Assembly (NCBI GenBank): GCA_965112155.1
Contig: OZ218103.1
Reading direction: 5' to 3' (one strand)
DNA length: 64,000 nt
Source: Podarcis liolepis
Taxonomy: Eukaryota
A program made the translations under genes and the position numbers. Below are positions 49,601 to 63,192 of this stretch, one piece after another (within the stretch, counting starts at the first letter, position 1; every line of letters begins with the position of its first letter). The notes beneath the pieces are model-generated. The model ran no database searches and was not told the DNA's origin. It worked only from the letters and a program-made list of their open reading frames with translations.

Positions 49601-50457
49601 GGTCTCCAAGAAGGTCCTTGAGCCCCAGGAGGTCACCTAGAAGATCAAGAAGCAGAAGTCGTCATCGTGAAGGCCGTGGGTCATCCAGTTTTGATAGAGA
49701 ATTGGAACGGGAGAGGGAGAGACAAAGACTAGAGCGAGAAGCTAAGGAGAGGGAGAGGCGAAGATCTCGAAGTTCTGATCGGGCATTGGAGCGAAGACGA
49801 AGTAGAAGCCGAGAGAGGCACAGAAGTCGAAGTCGTGATCGAAAAGGAGACAGGAGAGACAGAGAGAGGGAGAGGGAGAAAGAAAACGAACGTAGTAGAA
49901 GGAAGGAGCGTGACTATGAGAAAGAGAGAGGTGTTGAAAGGGAAAGAGAGCGCTCTAGGGAGAGAGATCGTTCTAGAGAAAAATCAAAGGACAGAAAAAG
50001 CAAGAGTGAAATTGATGAGAGGAGACATAAAGATGAAAAAGATGAAAGGAAACATAGGGATGATAAAAGAGATTCCAAGAAAGAAAGGAAGCATAGCAGG
50101 AGCCGGAGTAGGGACCGGAAGCATAGGAGCAGAAGTGTGAGTAGGAATGCTGGCAAGCACAGTAGAAGCAGGAGTAAAGAGAAGTCAAGTAAACACAAAA
50201 GTGAAAGCAAAGAGAAATCAAATAAGCGAAGCAGAAGTGGAAGCAGAGGAAGAACTGATAGTGCTGAAAAGTCCCGAAAACGAGACCTTAGTCCCACTAA
50301 AGAGAGATCACGAAAACGTAGCAAAAGTAAAGAACGTTCCCATAAACACGATCACAGTGATAAGGACCACTCAGACAAACATGATCATCAGAGGAGCCAA
50401 AGTACAGAACGAGAGAATCAAGAAAAACAATCTAAAAACAAAGATGAGACTGTATGA
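40395..50457 (+). CDS. PRPF38B: Pre-mRNA-splicing factor 38B (PRP38 domain + RS/RE-rich tail), 568 aa
   Basis: Exons 40395-40742 (MANN…GKQGNVLPLWGNEKTMNLNPMILTNILSSPYFKVQLYELKTYHEVVDEIYFK), 45336-45404 (VTHVEPWEKGSRKTAGQTGMCGG), 46335-46486 (VRGVGTGGIVSTAFCLLYKLFTLKLTRKQ…), 46569-46629 (YTQPPTDLWDWFESFLDDEE), 48632-48852 (DLDVKAGGGCVMTIGEMLRSFLTKLEWFSTLFPRIPVPVQK…), 49602-50457 (RS domain ending KNKDETV*). Kozak context GCCATGG; AATAAA at 50800. Confidence 0.97.
42760..42890 (+). mobile_element. tRNA-head / CR1-tail SINE remnant
   Basis: …AGAGCGTGGTGCTGA…GGGGTTGGACTAGATGATCC…CAACTCT…GATTCTA CR1-like 3' end. Confidence 0.55.
43568..44230 (-). mobile_element. L2/CR1-clade LINE 3' fragment with (TAT)n tail, interrupted by a nested MITE
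   Basis: (TAT)~21 at 43568-43631 followed by the reverse complement of the sequence at 62900-63130. Confidence 0.7.
43754..43969. mobile_element. Tc1/mariner MITE nested in a LINE fragment
   Basis: CAGTCATACCTC…GAGGTACCACTG, TA TSD, CpG-rich. The LINE sequence resumes on both sides. Confidence 0.8.
46100..46265. mobile_element. pogo/mariner-type MITE
   Basis: TIRs CCGTATTTTT / AAAAATACGG with TA TSD, ~70 bp upstream of PRPF38B exon 3. Confidence 0.8.
47902..48089. other. Assembly gap (188 N) in PRPF38B intron 4
   Basis: Run of N. Confidence 1.
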
Positions 50458-51853
50458 ATGTTCAGAAGTGGATCACATTGAATCCTATAAATGTTTTGAA
50501 ATCTTGCTTATTTTTTCTTACAGTTGAAATTGTGCAGTAGTTGATAAGCACTCTTCTTCAACCTCCCTCTAGGCTGCAGATTGTCATTTCCTATTTTGAG
50601 TAGGGAAGTGCCTTTGTAATCCCATTAAATGCGTTGACTATTTCCAGCCCATTTGTTTAGTTAAATTCATGATGCGAATCTGTTTGTGCATTTTTTTAAT
50701 TGTTCAAATGTTTCCAAAATGTACAATCTGTACATACGTCCTGAAACTGTTCTAATCCTTTTGGCATGGTTTGCCATGTTGGTTAAATTTGTATACGGCA
50801 ATAAAACTGCCACTAATTCTACTTTGTTTTATAGATGTGGAATTATGGTTTCTATCTTTGACTTAGCATGGCTGTGCTTTGCATAATAGTATGGCAGAAG
50901 CTCTTAAGGATGGATCTTGACCGTGTATTATATCTAAAATATTTATGTGCATTGAACATCCATGAAGGTTGCAGTTCTAGAACTTGTGTCCATTTGTACC
51001 TCTTGTCCTGGGAAAGCATTTAAAATACATTTTATTTGTGAAACTAAAGAAAGTGTTGCATTTAGAGTAGGCTTTTCAAGGAGGTAGCAATTTAAGGCAG
51101 GGGTTTAGGCTTTCCTAAGGTTTATGTTGTAGTCAGTGCTACCTCATAGGAACACTGTTAAGATTTATAAGCCTATCTACCATCTCTACATAGACTTTCT
51201 GGCTAGCTTTTATTGCTCATGTAAATATTATTTTACTATGATATCCCCAGGGTTTTCATTAAAACTGTTGTGCCACTGCCCTGTGCTTTATGAAGCAACC
51301 ATAGACTAACAAAGGTGAAAGTGGCTGAATCAGGGAGGAGACAGGAAGATGAAAAATAAGGTCAAGCAGCAAACTTCAATTTCAAGCTTCCAAATAATTT
51401 TTTATAAATGAAAAGTAAAGCATCTTCATAGTGTTTTTTTAAAATGCATAATGTGTCTTTTCTTTTTTTTTTTTACAAAGACTGTGGTCATTGCTTGAGA
51501 TGAAGAATTTCTCTCATGCAACAGAAAAACTAGATAATTTTTTTCAAACACTGATTACTTGTGAGATAATGTCAAAATGCAGTATTGAAAGAGAATTCAT
51601 ATCACAACAGTTCATTTCTGTTTGGTAGACTTGTTCTAGTGACCTGTATAAGAAATATAAAATCTCTGGAATAAAGACTGGATTAATTTATTTGTGGCTA
51701 TCCCCACTTGTTCATTGCCAGCTGCAAAAAATCATTTTGGGCTTATTACTTATTATTATTAAAAACACCAGTTCGTTGTGTAACAAGCAGGTTGCCCATC
51801 ATATCAATGGAATGATAGAACTATTTGGCAGGCCGGCTTCCCAATTGTGAGTA

Positions 51854-52100
51854 CAGTGGTACCTTGGTTCTCGAACTTAATCCGTTTTGGGAGTTCATTC
51901 GGCTCCCGAAACCATTAGAAAACCAAGGCACAGCTTCCAGTTGGCTGCAGGAGCTTCCTGCACTCAATCGGAAACCATGGAAGCCGCATCAGATGTTCGG
52001 CTTCCAAAAAACGTTTGCAAACCGGAAAACACACTTCCGGGTTTGCGGCGTTCGGGAGCTGATTTGTTTGACAGCTAAGCCGTTTGGGAACCATGGTACA
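51854..52100. mobile_element. Tc1/mariner MITE (right TIR degraded)
   Basis: TA-CAGTGGTACCTTGGTT start; GAACCATGGTAC remnant at the right end. Confidence 0.7.
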
Positions 52101-52616
52101 ATTTTTAAAAACTGCCTATTTATCTCTGGGCTTCATTTTACCCTTTCATCTCACTAATAATTACCAAGCTGTTGGATCATAAAGCTTAATGGTGAAAATA
52201 AGTTGCCCCTCCTCCAAAACATAAAAGAGAAAACCTGTATCCTGAACATGTTGTGGTAGCATTTGTGGTGGCATTTGTCTTAGAGCTGGCAGTTTGTCTC
52301 ATGTATTATGAAAAGGCTGTCAGTAATGGCTCCCCATAAGAGAAGGGATATCAGCCTTGTGTTGTGGCAATCCCACAGAGGGTAGAAAGCTGGAATATAG
52401 AAAGCTCCTGTCTCCAAGACTGATGATGAGCCATCCTGATCTAATAGGTGCTGCAGGAGTCAATACAAATAATGGGAGCCAGTTGTGATGGTAGAGTGAC
52501 AAGAGGTTCTGCTTGGTAGCGAACAAGGAGGTTGCATTAGCTGTATCAGTCTCAAGGATGGACATGGTAGCCAGAGTGGTATATTAGCCAAGGAACTGAA
52601 AGCCACAACAATAGTA

Positions 52617-52894
52617 CAGTGGTGCCTCGCAAGACGAAATTAATCCGTTCCGCAAGTCTCTTCGTCTTGCGGTTTTTTCGTCTTGCGAAGCACGGCTATT
52701 AGCGGCTTAACGGCTTTAGCGGCTATTAACGGCTTAGCGGCTTTAAGAAAAAGGAAACAAACTCGAAAGACGTTTCGTCTTGCGAAGCAAGCCCATAGGG
52801 AAATTCGTCTTGCGAAGCGACTCAAAAAACGCAAAACCCTTTCGTCTAGCAAGTTTTTCGTCTTGCGAGGCATTCGTCTTGCGGGGCACCACTG
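52617..52894. mobile_element. Young CpG-rich Tc1/mariner MITE with internal TTCGTCTTGCG repeats
   Basis: TIRs CAGTGGTGCCTCGCAAGACGAA / TTCGTCTTGCGGGGCACCACTG; TA TSD. Confidence 0.9.
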
Positions 52895-52960
52895 TATTAA
52901 ATCTCAGTCCAAACACAAAACTGACTGAAATAATACTCTGATAAATCTTACCTGCTTGGT

Positions 52961-55900
52961 TCATTCTCTCTTTTCCTGTAGTACCTGGTAGTGTTCTGAA
53001 CTTCGCTTTCCTCTATAAATCACTGGAATATTATTCAAAATGTTTAAACACAACAATTTAGACTTGAGTGACTTTATTTTTAAAACTTTGTATCATTTTC
53101 ATCAATCCTACATGGGTAAAATGTAGTTTCCCAGCATTTTAATTTGTAAAATGAGAAGTGCTGGGACTTGATTCCCTTGAGGACCATGCAACCTTCCTGA
53201 TGATGGGGGGCAGGGATGAAGGGGGACTATTTTGACTCCTGAAGATCTTCAGGAAAATGCATAGGATGATGGTAATATTAGTTGACTAGAAACACTTGTA
53301 TTGAAAATACATTTGCAGCTTGAGCCTTGACATAAGGTAGCTTTTGACATCTACCAATATTTAGATTGGTAATTACCTCTTGTTGAGATTGTGTAAATCA
53401 GTGTTTACTTCATGGTCAGGGTTGAAAAACTTGTGTAAGTTTGAGAACAAATTCCTCTAGAAACAAAAGTGATTGGTGTTTTGTTGCTGCTGCTGCTTAT
53501 TTCCTTAAATGGCTGAAAATTGCTTTCTTGTTCCACTAATGAAGGCCTTGCTATAATCTAAGTGACACCGTTGGATACAACCCAAACTTTATTGACTATT
53601 ATATATTTCTTTGCAAAAGGTATGGAAAATAAAACAGTGCAATTTGGCCTCTGATAAAATTGATTTTTAAAAAAAAGAAAATCCCAAAAGATATTTAAAA
53701 GAATTTTCAGCTTGGGTAAAATATATTGATTTATTAGAAGAGGAATTTGATGCATTCACTTACCCATTCCTACTGAACTTCCGGAGCATGTCACTAGAAA
53801 ATGAAATGCAAAATTACATATATATACAGCTAGAAAGAGTCATTGAACGGTGCTTTCCAAAGAGGATTTCACAATGTAACTTAGAAAAAAGCATAACCAA
53901 TTTGTTTTAATTTAAAGTGATGGTTTTAACTTGAAAATTCAAAAATGCAATGAATCGGAGTTTGACTAAGATTCAGTCAATAAACATGCTTCTAAATGGG
54001 TAGAATTGCAACAATAGCTGTTTTCAGAATAAATGCCAATATTACATTACCTGTATGGAGAATGATTAGCAATTTCCCCACAAATCTGAATAATTCAGAT
54101 TGGCAAGCACATGTCTGGACTGAGGGGAGGGGATCATTGACAAGCTGCTATAGGTATTTTCTAGAAATACTCCACTAGCCACTGCAGTATCGGCAGCTCT
54201 ATTGTGTTTATAGGTAGCTACACAGAAACCATAATCCATGCAAAAACGAGAGTCTTGCAGGACCCTAAAGTAGAATACATTTATTTTGGCATAAGCTTTT
54301 ATGGATGAGTTGATTTCATCAGATGCAACAGTGGCTAAGATGAATAGAATGGAATCATGCCCACACACCTTCAGGTAGAGACAGTTGCCATGCCACCATA
54401 ACCCATCACCAAAACTGGCTGACAATGGCATGGAGATTTCATGTGATAAGAGCTCTGGGCAACAGCCACCAAGTGTAGACTGTTTCAAGGAGTTTCCACA
54501 GTTTTAATTTTCTTCACTTCCACTATCTTTGAGGCCCAGCTTCTGTCCCCTTTTGCCATTACTGCCAAAGGCCCACAAGTCATTACCTGAATATATCTTC
54601 TTAGGACAAAATGCAGGTTTTGATCCCTCGCTATCAGTTACAGGTGACACCACAACTGTATAGACATCGCCACAGGGTATCTCGGTAATATCGCAATAAG
54701 TCAGGTCTGTGTTTGGTGTACAGGTGAAATTTCCTTTTGAGCCATAAAGATCTGTACTATAGTTGACTGAACCTTTGGATGTCCGCCAGTATATTCGTAT
54801 GCCATTGTTGCCCAGTCTATATAGCTTAACCCCAGAAGGGCAGCAAGCACCTAAAGGAGGAAAACAACCAAGAACACTGAATTCAGTTTGCTCATTCCTA
54901 TTGGGGGATAGACGAGAAAGTGGTCAGATTTATTTTTTTATCAATTGAAATGGAGAAAATTTTCAGAATGTCCTAATAAAGTACTGTAGGTTCTCTCAAA
55001 GTGTAAGCTTTCAGGAGTTGTCTAGGACAGTAAGGGATGTGGGTGGCGCTGTGGGTTAAACCACAGAGCCTAGGACTTGCTAAACAGAAGGTCAGCGGCT
55101 CGAATCCCCGCGACGGGGTGAGCTCCCGTTGCTCGGTCCCTGCTCCTACCAACCTAGCAGTTTGAAAGCACGTCAAAGTGCAAGTAGATAAATAGGTACC
55201 GCTCCGGCAGGAAGATAAATTGCGTTTCCGTGTGCTGCTCTGGTTCGCCAGAAGCGGCTTAGTCATGCTGGCCACATGACCAGGAAGCTGTACGCCGGCT
55301 CCCTCGGCCAGTAAAGCAAGATGAGCACCGCAACCCCAGAGTTAGTCACGACTGGACCTAATGGGGTCCCTTTACCTTTACCTTTAGGACAGTAATCTAG
55401 GAATGGCTAGGCCCAGAAAACCGCAAGCAGCAGTGGATTCCCAGAAGTGAGCTTTTTCAGCCCTCTGGTTCCCTCTGAAAAGTCTCTCAAGGGTGTCATG
55501 GGACCCTTCTGAACAGTGCAGGATGGGATGGGGGGGTTCTGCTGTAGAAATAGGAAACTTGCCCAAAGCAAGGAGAGATGCCTCGCCTTGTTTTGCCCAA
55601 TGTTGTTTCCTCTGTTCTCCACAGCATTCCATAGTCCACACCACTCGGGAGTCTTAACCCTCTGGAAAGAGGGGCACGCGCAGGAAGGGATGGCAGCCCC
55701 TTTCTGCAAGCTTCCGTCTAACTTCAGGATCCAAACCAATGAGCATAGTTTGAGCATTTTAATATGAGGGTGGAAATGTAGAAATACCATGCAGGTGCTT
55801 AAAAATACATTTTTCACATACTTACTAGAAGAAAATCCTTTGTATATGCAATCTGATGTTAAGCCTGTTTCACTGATCGCTTTGATAGACACACTGTAGT

Positions 55901-58900
55901 TGGTTCCACATGTAATGCATCCCAAGAGGCAATAGTTTTGGAGTGTGTGACACCTAGCACGTCCTTTGTGCGATTCCAAAATTGCTATGTACGTCTTTGC
56001 GCCAGTCCCAATAGACCAGCTGATGTTTGTTACAGACTGTGTCACTTGAGTTACTGTGAGATCCACTGGGCAGCAAGGTGCTTGAAAGAAGAAAATACTT
56101 TGTAAGTGATTGTGTGTGTATTTACTCCATGCACAGAACTACATTCTGAGGGAGTATTTTGGCACTTTAAAATTTAAAATGATTCCCAATTGCTGCCTGC
56201 ATCACAAGCTTTTAACTGGTCACCATATTTGTTCACTTATTCATTGCAGTTTCTAATAGATACAAAGGACATATATCAAGTAAACAGAGAACAAATCGGG
56301 GGTTCTGTGGGGTGTCACGGACAAATAATAGGTGCAGGTATGCTGTTGCAGTACAGTCTGTAACAAAAGAAAGGAGCTTAGCACCATAAATAATTTATGC
56401 CTTCCAAATTTCTATAGCAACCACTGATAAGGATATAAAGAAAAAGGTTCCACCAGGCAGAATAGCTGCCACCATAAATATACTGAGAATAAATATACTG
56501 TACTGATTTTTTATATTTATTTGTTAAATACTACCCCATCCCCACTTTTTATTTCCTGCATCATATTTTTTTTCCTTCAGTCACCCTAGATCAGGGATGG
56601 AGAACCTAGAACTACAACTCCCATCATCCATGGCCATTGCCCATTCTGGCTGGGACTGATGGACTCCAACAGCATTTGGAGGTTCCCTATCTCTGCCCCA
56701 TATGGCCACCTACACTCCTCAAATAGAATAGCTGGCCCTGCTGGTAGACATAAGTCATTACTGAGACTAATTTTTATTTAATCTCCATGCAAACTATATT
56801 ATTTAAAAATACACAGAAATTTTCATTAAATTTGGAAGATGTTTACTAATCTAATAAATGATCCATGATACATCTTGGGTGGGATTTAGTGGGATTTAGT
56901 GACTAGACCCACTGAAATTAATGTAGTACATGAGCAGAATGGAAGGCAGGCTATAGGGGTGCCAAATTATGGCCGCACACAGAGTGCCACTGAAATCTGA
57001 AAGACTTAAGTCCACCCCTGGTACCCGAGGAGGCAGTATGAGCCGGTCCAATCGCTAACTATATTTGATCAACTATTTGTATATACTTTGTAGATCCTTT
57101 GACATACTGCAAGTACTATAACTCCCAATCTATCTTTGTGATACATAAGGAGGAGTCATTGTTAGCCAGCAGATGTATTTGGATATGGGCGACCTTGGTT
57201 AAAACTTCAGCTCAGATGATGAGCTGCTGTCCCCTGTTATAAAAAGGGAGCGATACCTAAAAGGTAACTAACATCTCAGCAATTGTAACTTACCTGTCTC
57301 CAAAGGCACACTGTAACTAGGTAAGCTGTGACCTGCTTCTGTGCTTGCTACAGTGCTGACAGAGAACAGTGACCCACATGGAAGATTATGGATGGTGCAT
57401 GAATTTCCCGAGCTTGCACAATGCCAAATTCCTGCCTCTCCTTTGGCAGTGACTGTGTACATCGCTTCATCATTATTGGCATGCCAGTGCACACTAATTA
57501 CAGAAAGAGCATCCTTTGAGACACTTATTATTTCCGGACTACATGGAGCTGAAAGATTTTAGATGGAGCAAATTCAAACTGCATTCTTATTTATGGATTT
57601 TATGTTGCACTAAGACAGCTGTGGATTATTAAGAATCTATGATCTTAAAAAAACCCCAGTGTTACAAAGGCTGTATCCTCTCTGTCCAAGGTTTGCTCCC
57701 CTCCCAAAACATTTCACTTAAATTTGCATGTGGGTGTATTTTCAGTCTTTAGAAAACCAACCTTGAAATAAATATATTCTCCATAGCACAATCAGTTGAA
57801 AGTCCTAAAAGGTCTTAGGGTACCACATTAGAGGGGTTAGTAGTGGCTTAACTGCCATAATGCCATAGTGTTTTATGTGCAAACTCAGGGGCACAGGGTA
57901 ACAAGTTGTACAATGCAAGTATGGGGAACTGGGGGTTTTCCATAAGTTGTTGGACTCCATCATTCATGACCATTGGCCATGTTAGCAGAGGTAGATAGAG
58001 ATTGGAGCCCAGCTTCATCTGAAGGGCCAGTTTCCCATTCTTGGTACAAAGACCTGCCCAAAAACCAAAGGCATTAGATTCATGTTCTGTTTGGTTTGGC
58101 AGACTATAGTCAAAAGTTGTTTTTTTAACTCCTTTGAGACACAGTTGTTAGCAGCAGCAGCAACAACAACAGCAATGAACATTTTTATCTGAAGTTGGCA
58201 GTAAATCATACTTAGCATTTAAATTACAAGAATGGATAGGATTGCAGCTCTAAAGGAATCAGTGACCTAAAGTTTTGCAAATCAAAATGCCTACTAGAAA
58301 TGTTAATCCCAGAGTCAAAACACACAGCTGGAGTGTAGTTAAGATGTCAGAACAGCACAAACAAAATTATCCTGCATATTCAGAGCTAGTGTGTTGGGGG
58401 AATGCTATCTCAAAATGTCCCTGGCATGTTAGCTTTATATATGCAAAATATTTTAAATGGGAGAGCACTCAAATATTTTATCTCCCAGAAGTGCAGTCTG
58501 GGAGTGGTGCAATCCAGCAAAACATACATGAGACTGATGAGTGTGCAAAACAGAGATCAGATTTTGAAACAGAAAGCAGTCTGAACTCAGAAGTTCCACT
58601 AGATATTTCCTTCCACTCAAAACAGTATGACAAATATACTCAGTTCAGTTCCAATATATGAGTTACAATGCAGTACTGGTTCACCTTTACAGCTTGTACA
58701 GTTACTTTTTAACTTGTAAACTGAAACTTGTAAATTGTAAACTGAAATAGTACCTGTTGCCACGTGTTTAGATGTGCATGATGTATTGCTGCCTCTAATT
58801 TCACTGAATGAATAAACAGTTATATTGTACTGGGTGTTACACTGGAGTGCAGAAAGGGTGCAAACTGTCGCAGTATCATTGCATAGCAATTCGTTGGTCC

Positions 58901-61900
58901 AATCCACAGCTTTGGTTTCATACATTTCAGCACCACGGACAGGAGACCAAACAATCTGAACTGTATCACTGGAAATGAACGCTGGGTTAACATCACTGGG
59001 GCAGCAAGGTGCTAAAGGGAAAAAAGGGGAAATGCAGCAATATTTATTTTACTATTCGTTCAATTTGCATACCGCCTTTCGTCGGCAGATCACAGGGCGG
59101 TTCACAACATAGAAATACAAAATGACAACACAAAATATATAATAAAATGAAAACACAAGCAAAGAAATATATAATAAAATGAAAACACAAGCAAAACAAA
59201 CCAATTACACCCCTTCCCACTGACACACAGAAGGCCATAGAATGTTAATCAGCCAAACACCTGGTTGAAGAGAAACATTTTCACCTGGTGCCTACAGATA
59301 TGTAATGAAGGTGCCTGTTAAGTTGTGGGTGAACATATCAGATGACACAGCGATTCTTCAAACAGCTCTTGTTTATTCACAGGCCAGGCCAGAACTGAAC
59401 TGAAGGGTCCAGCCAGCCTGCTTATATAGAGCTCCACTAGAACGCAACAGTAACCATTTTCTTTAACTATACAATCACTGAATGTCACTTTCGATTCCTT
59501 ATTTGCATATGTGGACCTGAGTGAAAACTACAGTATCCCCCTGCTGGCCCAGGGTGAGAACTTCAGTACATAATACCGCCATGCAAGCCTCCTTGGGGAG
59601 TGCATTCTACAAACGAGTTGCCACTGCAGTAACAGCCCATTCCTGTGTTGCCGCCATTTGGATCTCTCATGGAGAGGGCACATGGAGAACGGCCTCCGAT
59701 GGTGATCGCAAGATCTGCGCCAGTTCATACTGAGAGAGGCGGCCCTTGAGGTATTGTAGTCCTGAGCCATTTAAGGCTCTATAGGTAAAAACCAGGACTT
59801 TGAATTGGGCCTGGAAACTAAGTGGCAGCCAGTGCAGTCGGGCCAGGATCAGTGCAATATATAGGAATATATTAGAGGTTAACCAAATAGTTCTTGATGC
59901 AATTATTGTTATGTGAAGTCACTTTGACAAGCATCTCAAAACAGACTCTGGGGCCCTGGGGTCTTCATCTCTGTGCTATGCTGGTAGCTTAACAGATGGA
60001 CTGCTGATTCACATTTTGCTGCACTTCAGCACCATCACTGCAGGTGGTGGGGATGCAGCTATTAACTCAGCAGAGCTCAGCAGGTACACTAAAAGGGTAC
60101 CACCTTGTCCTATTAAGTTACTGATGGTCTGTATTTTCTGGAATGGATTCAAATACATACCAGTACTTTAAGTTTGCAGATTTAATTGGATGAAAGCATT
60201 CTGTCACCCTAGCAGGACAAATCCACTTCCCCCAAAATGGTCTTTTTGCAGTCTGGAAAGTGTGTTAAAAAGTGTGGGATGAGCTAACAACTAATGGGAA
60301 GTGTGAACACACCCCATAAAAAATTAGAATGGATGCTCACTTTAGACTGGACAAAATCTACCCACCATGTACAGTAAGCTTTGTGCAAGCAATTCAAGAT
60401 GAAAGCTGAGTAAACAGGTTGTCTGGAGGAGAGATGAGACTAGCTTGGCTTCTTAGTCTGAGCCATTCATCCTTCAGGAACAGATAGTGAAGCTCTTAGA
60501 GCAGGGGTAGTCAACCTTTTTATACCTACCGCCCACTAAAGCATATTTCTTGATGGTAAAATTTCCTTACCACCCATCAGTGCTCAATGGAAGAAGGATT
60601 CAGCTTGTGCCATAGAACCCCCTTCTGCCCACCTAGAATCCTGAAATGCCCACTAGTGGGCAGTAGGGACCAGGTTGACAACCCCTGTCTTAGAGTGCTA
60701 ATTTTTGCTGGGTCACCTACTTGTCACCAGTCCTAACTGTTATGTAAAGATGAAGCTACTTTGTCTCATCTTCGAATCCCTTATATTCCATTTCATGTTA
60801 ATAAACATGTGAATACACAAACACACAAGCACAGAGCTATTTCACCACTCAAAGCTTGTTTCTAGCTTTATATAATGCCCATGCAGATATACCAAATATA
60901 CATGCAAAAAATAAACTGGCACTTACCTGTGGTATAGTTAAATATGTCACCTAATGGACTCTGCCCTGCCTTGTTATAGGCAAATACACTAATAAAATAG
61001 GTGAAGCCGCAGTCTGATTGGAAGTGACACTGGGTATGTGATGTGTTGCAGTGCACCTCCAAGCCATCATCGCTTTTCACAAAGACCACATAATAATCAC
61101 CCAGGTCAACATCTGACCATGACACTGCCATGTAGCCTGGCTCATCCTCTTCAATCATTATACTTTCTGGAGCACAAGGCACTGAAAAGTCAAATTTTCA
61201 ACAAAAATAATTATCATATTCTCATAGTTGAATAGTGCAGCTATTAGAAAACTCCAATAAGACAATTAGGAAATCCCCAACTGGTGCATAACCAATGGAT
61301 TGGATATGCTTTTGTAGAACATCTGATCTAGTAAGTCCACATGTGCTGAAGGTTTCAGCTCTTGCTGTGCCCCAGAGCACATACAGCTAATTATAGTGAA
61401 TGCAAAGATCAATTCATGCTGTGCAATTTGCACAGCAGATGTCATTATCAGTAGAAGTTTTTGAAGGAAAAGATACCTGCCCTTTCCAGGGTTATTAGTG
61501 ATCGCACTTAGAAGCAAAAGCAGCAGCACTAACCCAGAAGCAGAGGCATCTATCACAAGCCTGCCTTTATAATTTGGCATGCATTTTTCAATTTAGGACC
61601 ATTTCGTTAAGCAGCAGCAACATTGCTGAGTATTTTGTGTGTTAGGAGGGAATCATCCACACACACATACCAAAAAGCTGGGCTGCGTATTGAGAAACGG
61701 ATTAGTGTGCTAAGCCTGTCTTAACAACTGAAAGGTGGAGAAGTAGGTGGAGCTTGTACCTTTTATTCCGCACCCACCTTTTGAACATTGCTGTGCGGTT
61801 TGTTTGCACATATTGATCTTGCAATCACCTTCTGGTACGAAAATGATCAGAAAAGGGAAAGGGTGCAGACAGGCTTGAAGACTCAGACATACATAGAGAC

Positions 61901-63135
61901 TGCAAGATTCAGAAATACACTGAAAGTGTGAACATCTGAGCCATTTCAAAACTGTCATGCAAATGAACGCAGCAAAAATGGTTCCTGATTTGCTTCCTGT
62001 TTGCAGACTTAAAATAATCTCCACTTCTATGAACATAGGAGCAAGACAAAGTGTCTGCCTAGCCCAGCATACTATTTCCAACAGTAGCCAACTAGATGCC
62101 TCTCAATGGCCCAACAGCAGGACATAAAGACAATAGCCCTCCCTCTGTTGTTTGTCCCCAGCATCTGATATTCAATTATATATACAGCAGGGGACTGGGA
62201 CCAGATGGCAACATCTGGAGGCCCAAAGGTTCCCCTTTCCTGAAACACAGTCACTGAAATAATAAATTGCAATAAGTTATAATGGCGAATGTCTACTGAA
62301 CAATGCTTTCCCCCTCCACATTTGTTTTTTCTGTTCCTTAGAAAAGACAAATGGTCAAAAGTTTCTCAAAATCAATTTCCTCTACTAAACTCATCTTTTT
62401 TAAACATCTATTGTGCACCATTTACTTGTCTTTTTCCCGTACGCAATTATTTTCCTTAAAAGAAAGCAGAAACTATTATCTCTTTTCCCTGACACCTATC
62501 ATCCACTGGAAATTGTATTAAGCTTGTGGTATTCTTCAAAGCATACACTCCTCCATACACCATGAACAGTACACATGAGCTGCTAAAGATCACGTACCAG
62601 TCCTGAAAGTCACAGCCTCTGTAGGTGTGCTGGAACCAGCCTCATTGCTTGCTACAACAGACAGGGAATACTCTACCCCACACTCAAGGGATGGAATAGT
62701 ACAGGAACTGGACATTGTACTGCAGTTTACTCTGGAGGTGCCGCTGTGGGCTGCAATGAGGTAATTGGAAGCACCTTCTGCTAGCGTGAACGAAACTGCA
62801 GCTCTCAGCGCTCCACTGTCAAAAACAACTTGAACATCTCCTGGTGCATGAGGCCCTAAAACAAAACAAAATAACAAAATAAATATCTCGAATAAAAATA
62901 GGGCTGAATGGTGTTTCAGCAGAGGGCCTTCTCGGTAGTGGCGCCTGCCCTTTGGAACGCCCTCCCAGCAGATGTCAAAGCAATAAACAACTATTTTACT
63001 TTTAAAAGGCATCTGAAGGCAGCTCTCTTTGGGGAAGTTTTTAATGTTTGAAGCTGTACTGTTTTTAATATTCAGTTGGAAGCCGCCCAGAGTGACTGGG
63101 GAAACCCAGCCAGATGGGCGGGGTATAAATAATAA

Positions 63136-63192
<57 letters not shown>

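Noticed and set aside
49835-50527. Overlapping and antisense ORFs (e.g. 49914-50324, Leu/Ser-rich)
   Set aside because: Shadows of the purine-rich RS-domain exon of PRPF38B.
52617-52894. Short interspaced repeats superficially like a CRISPR array
   Set aside because: Eukaryotic DNA, irregular spacing, bounded by TIRs and a TA TSD; it is a MITE.
55034-55110. tRNA-like sequence with A/B boxes
   Set aside because: Head of a SINE, not a tRNA gene.
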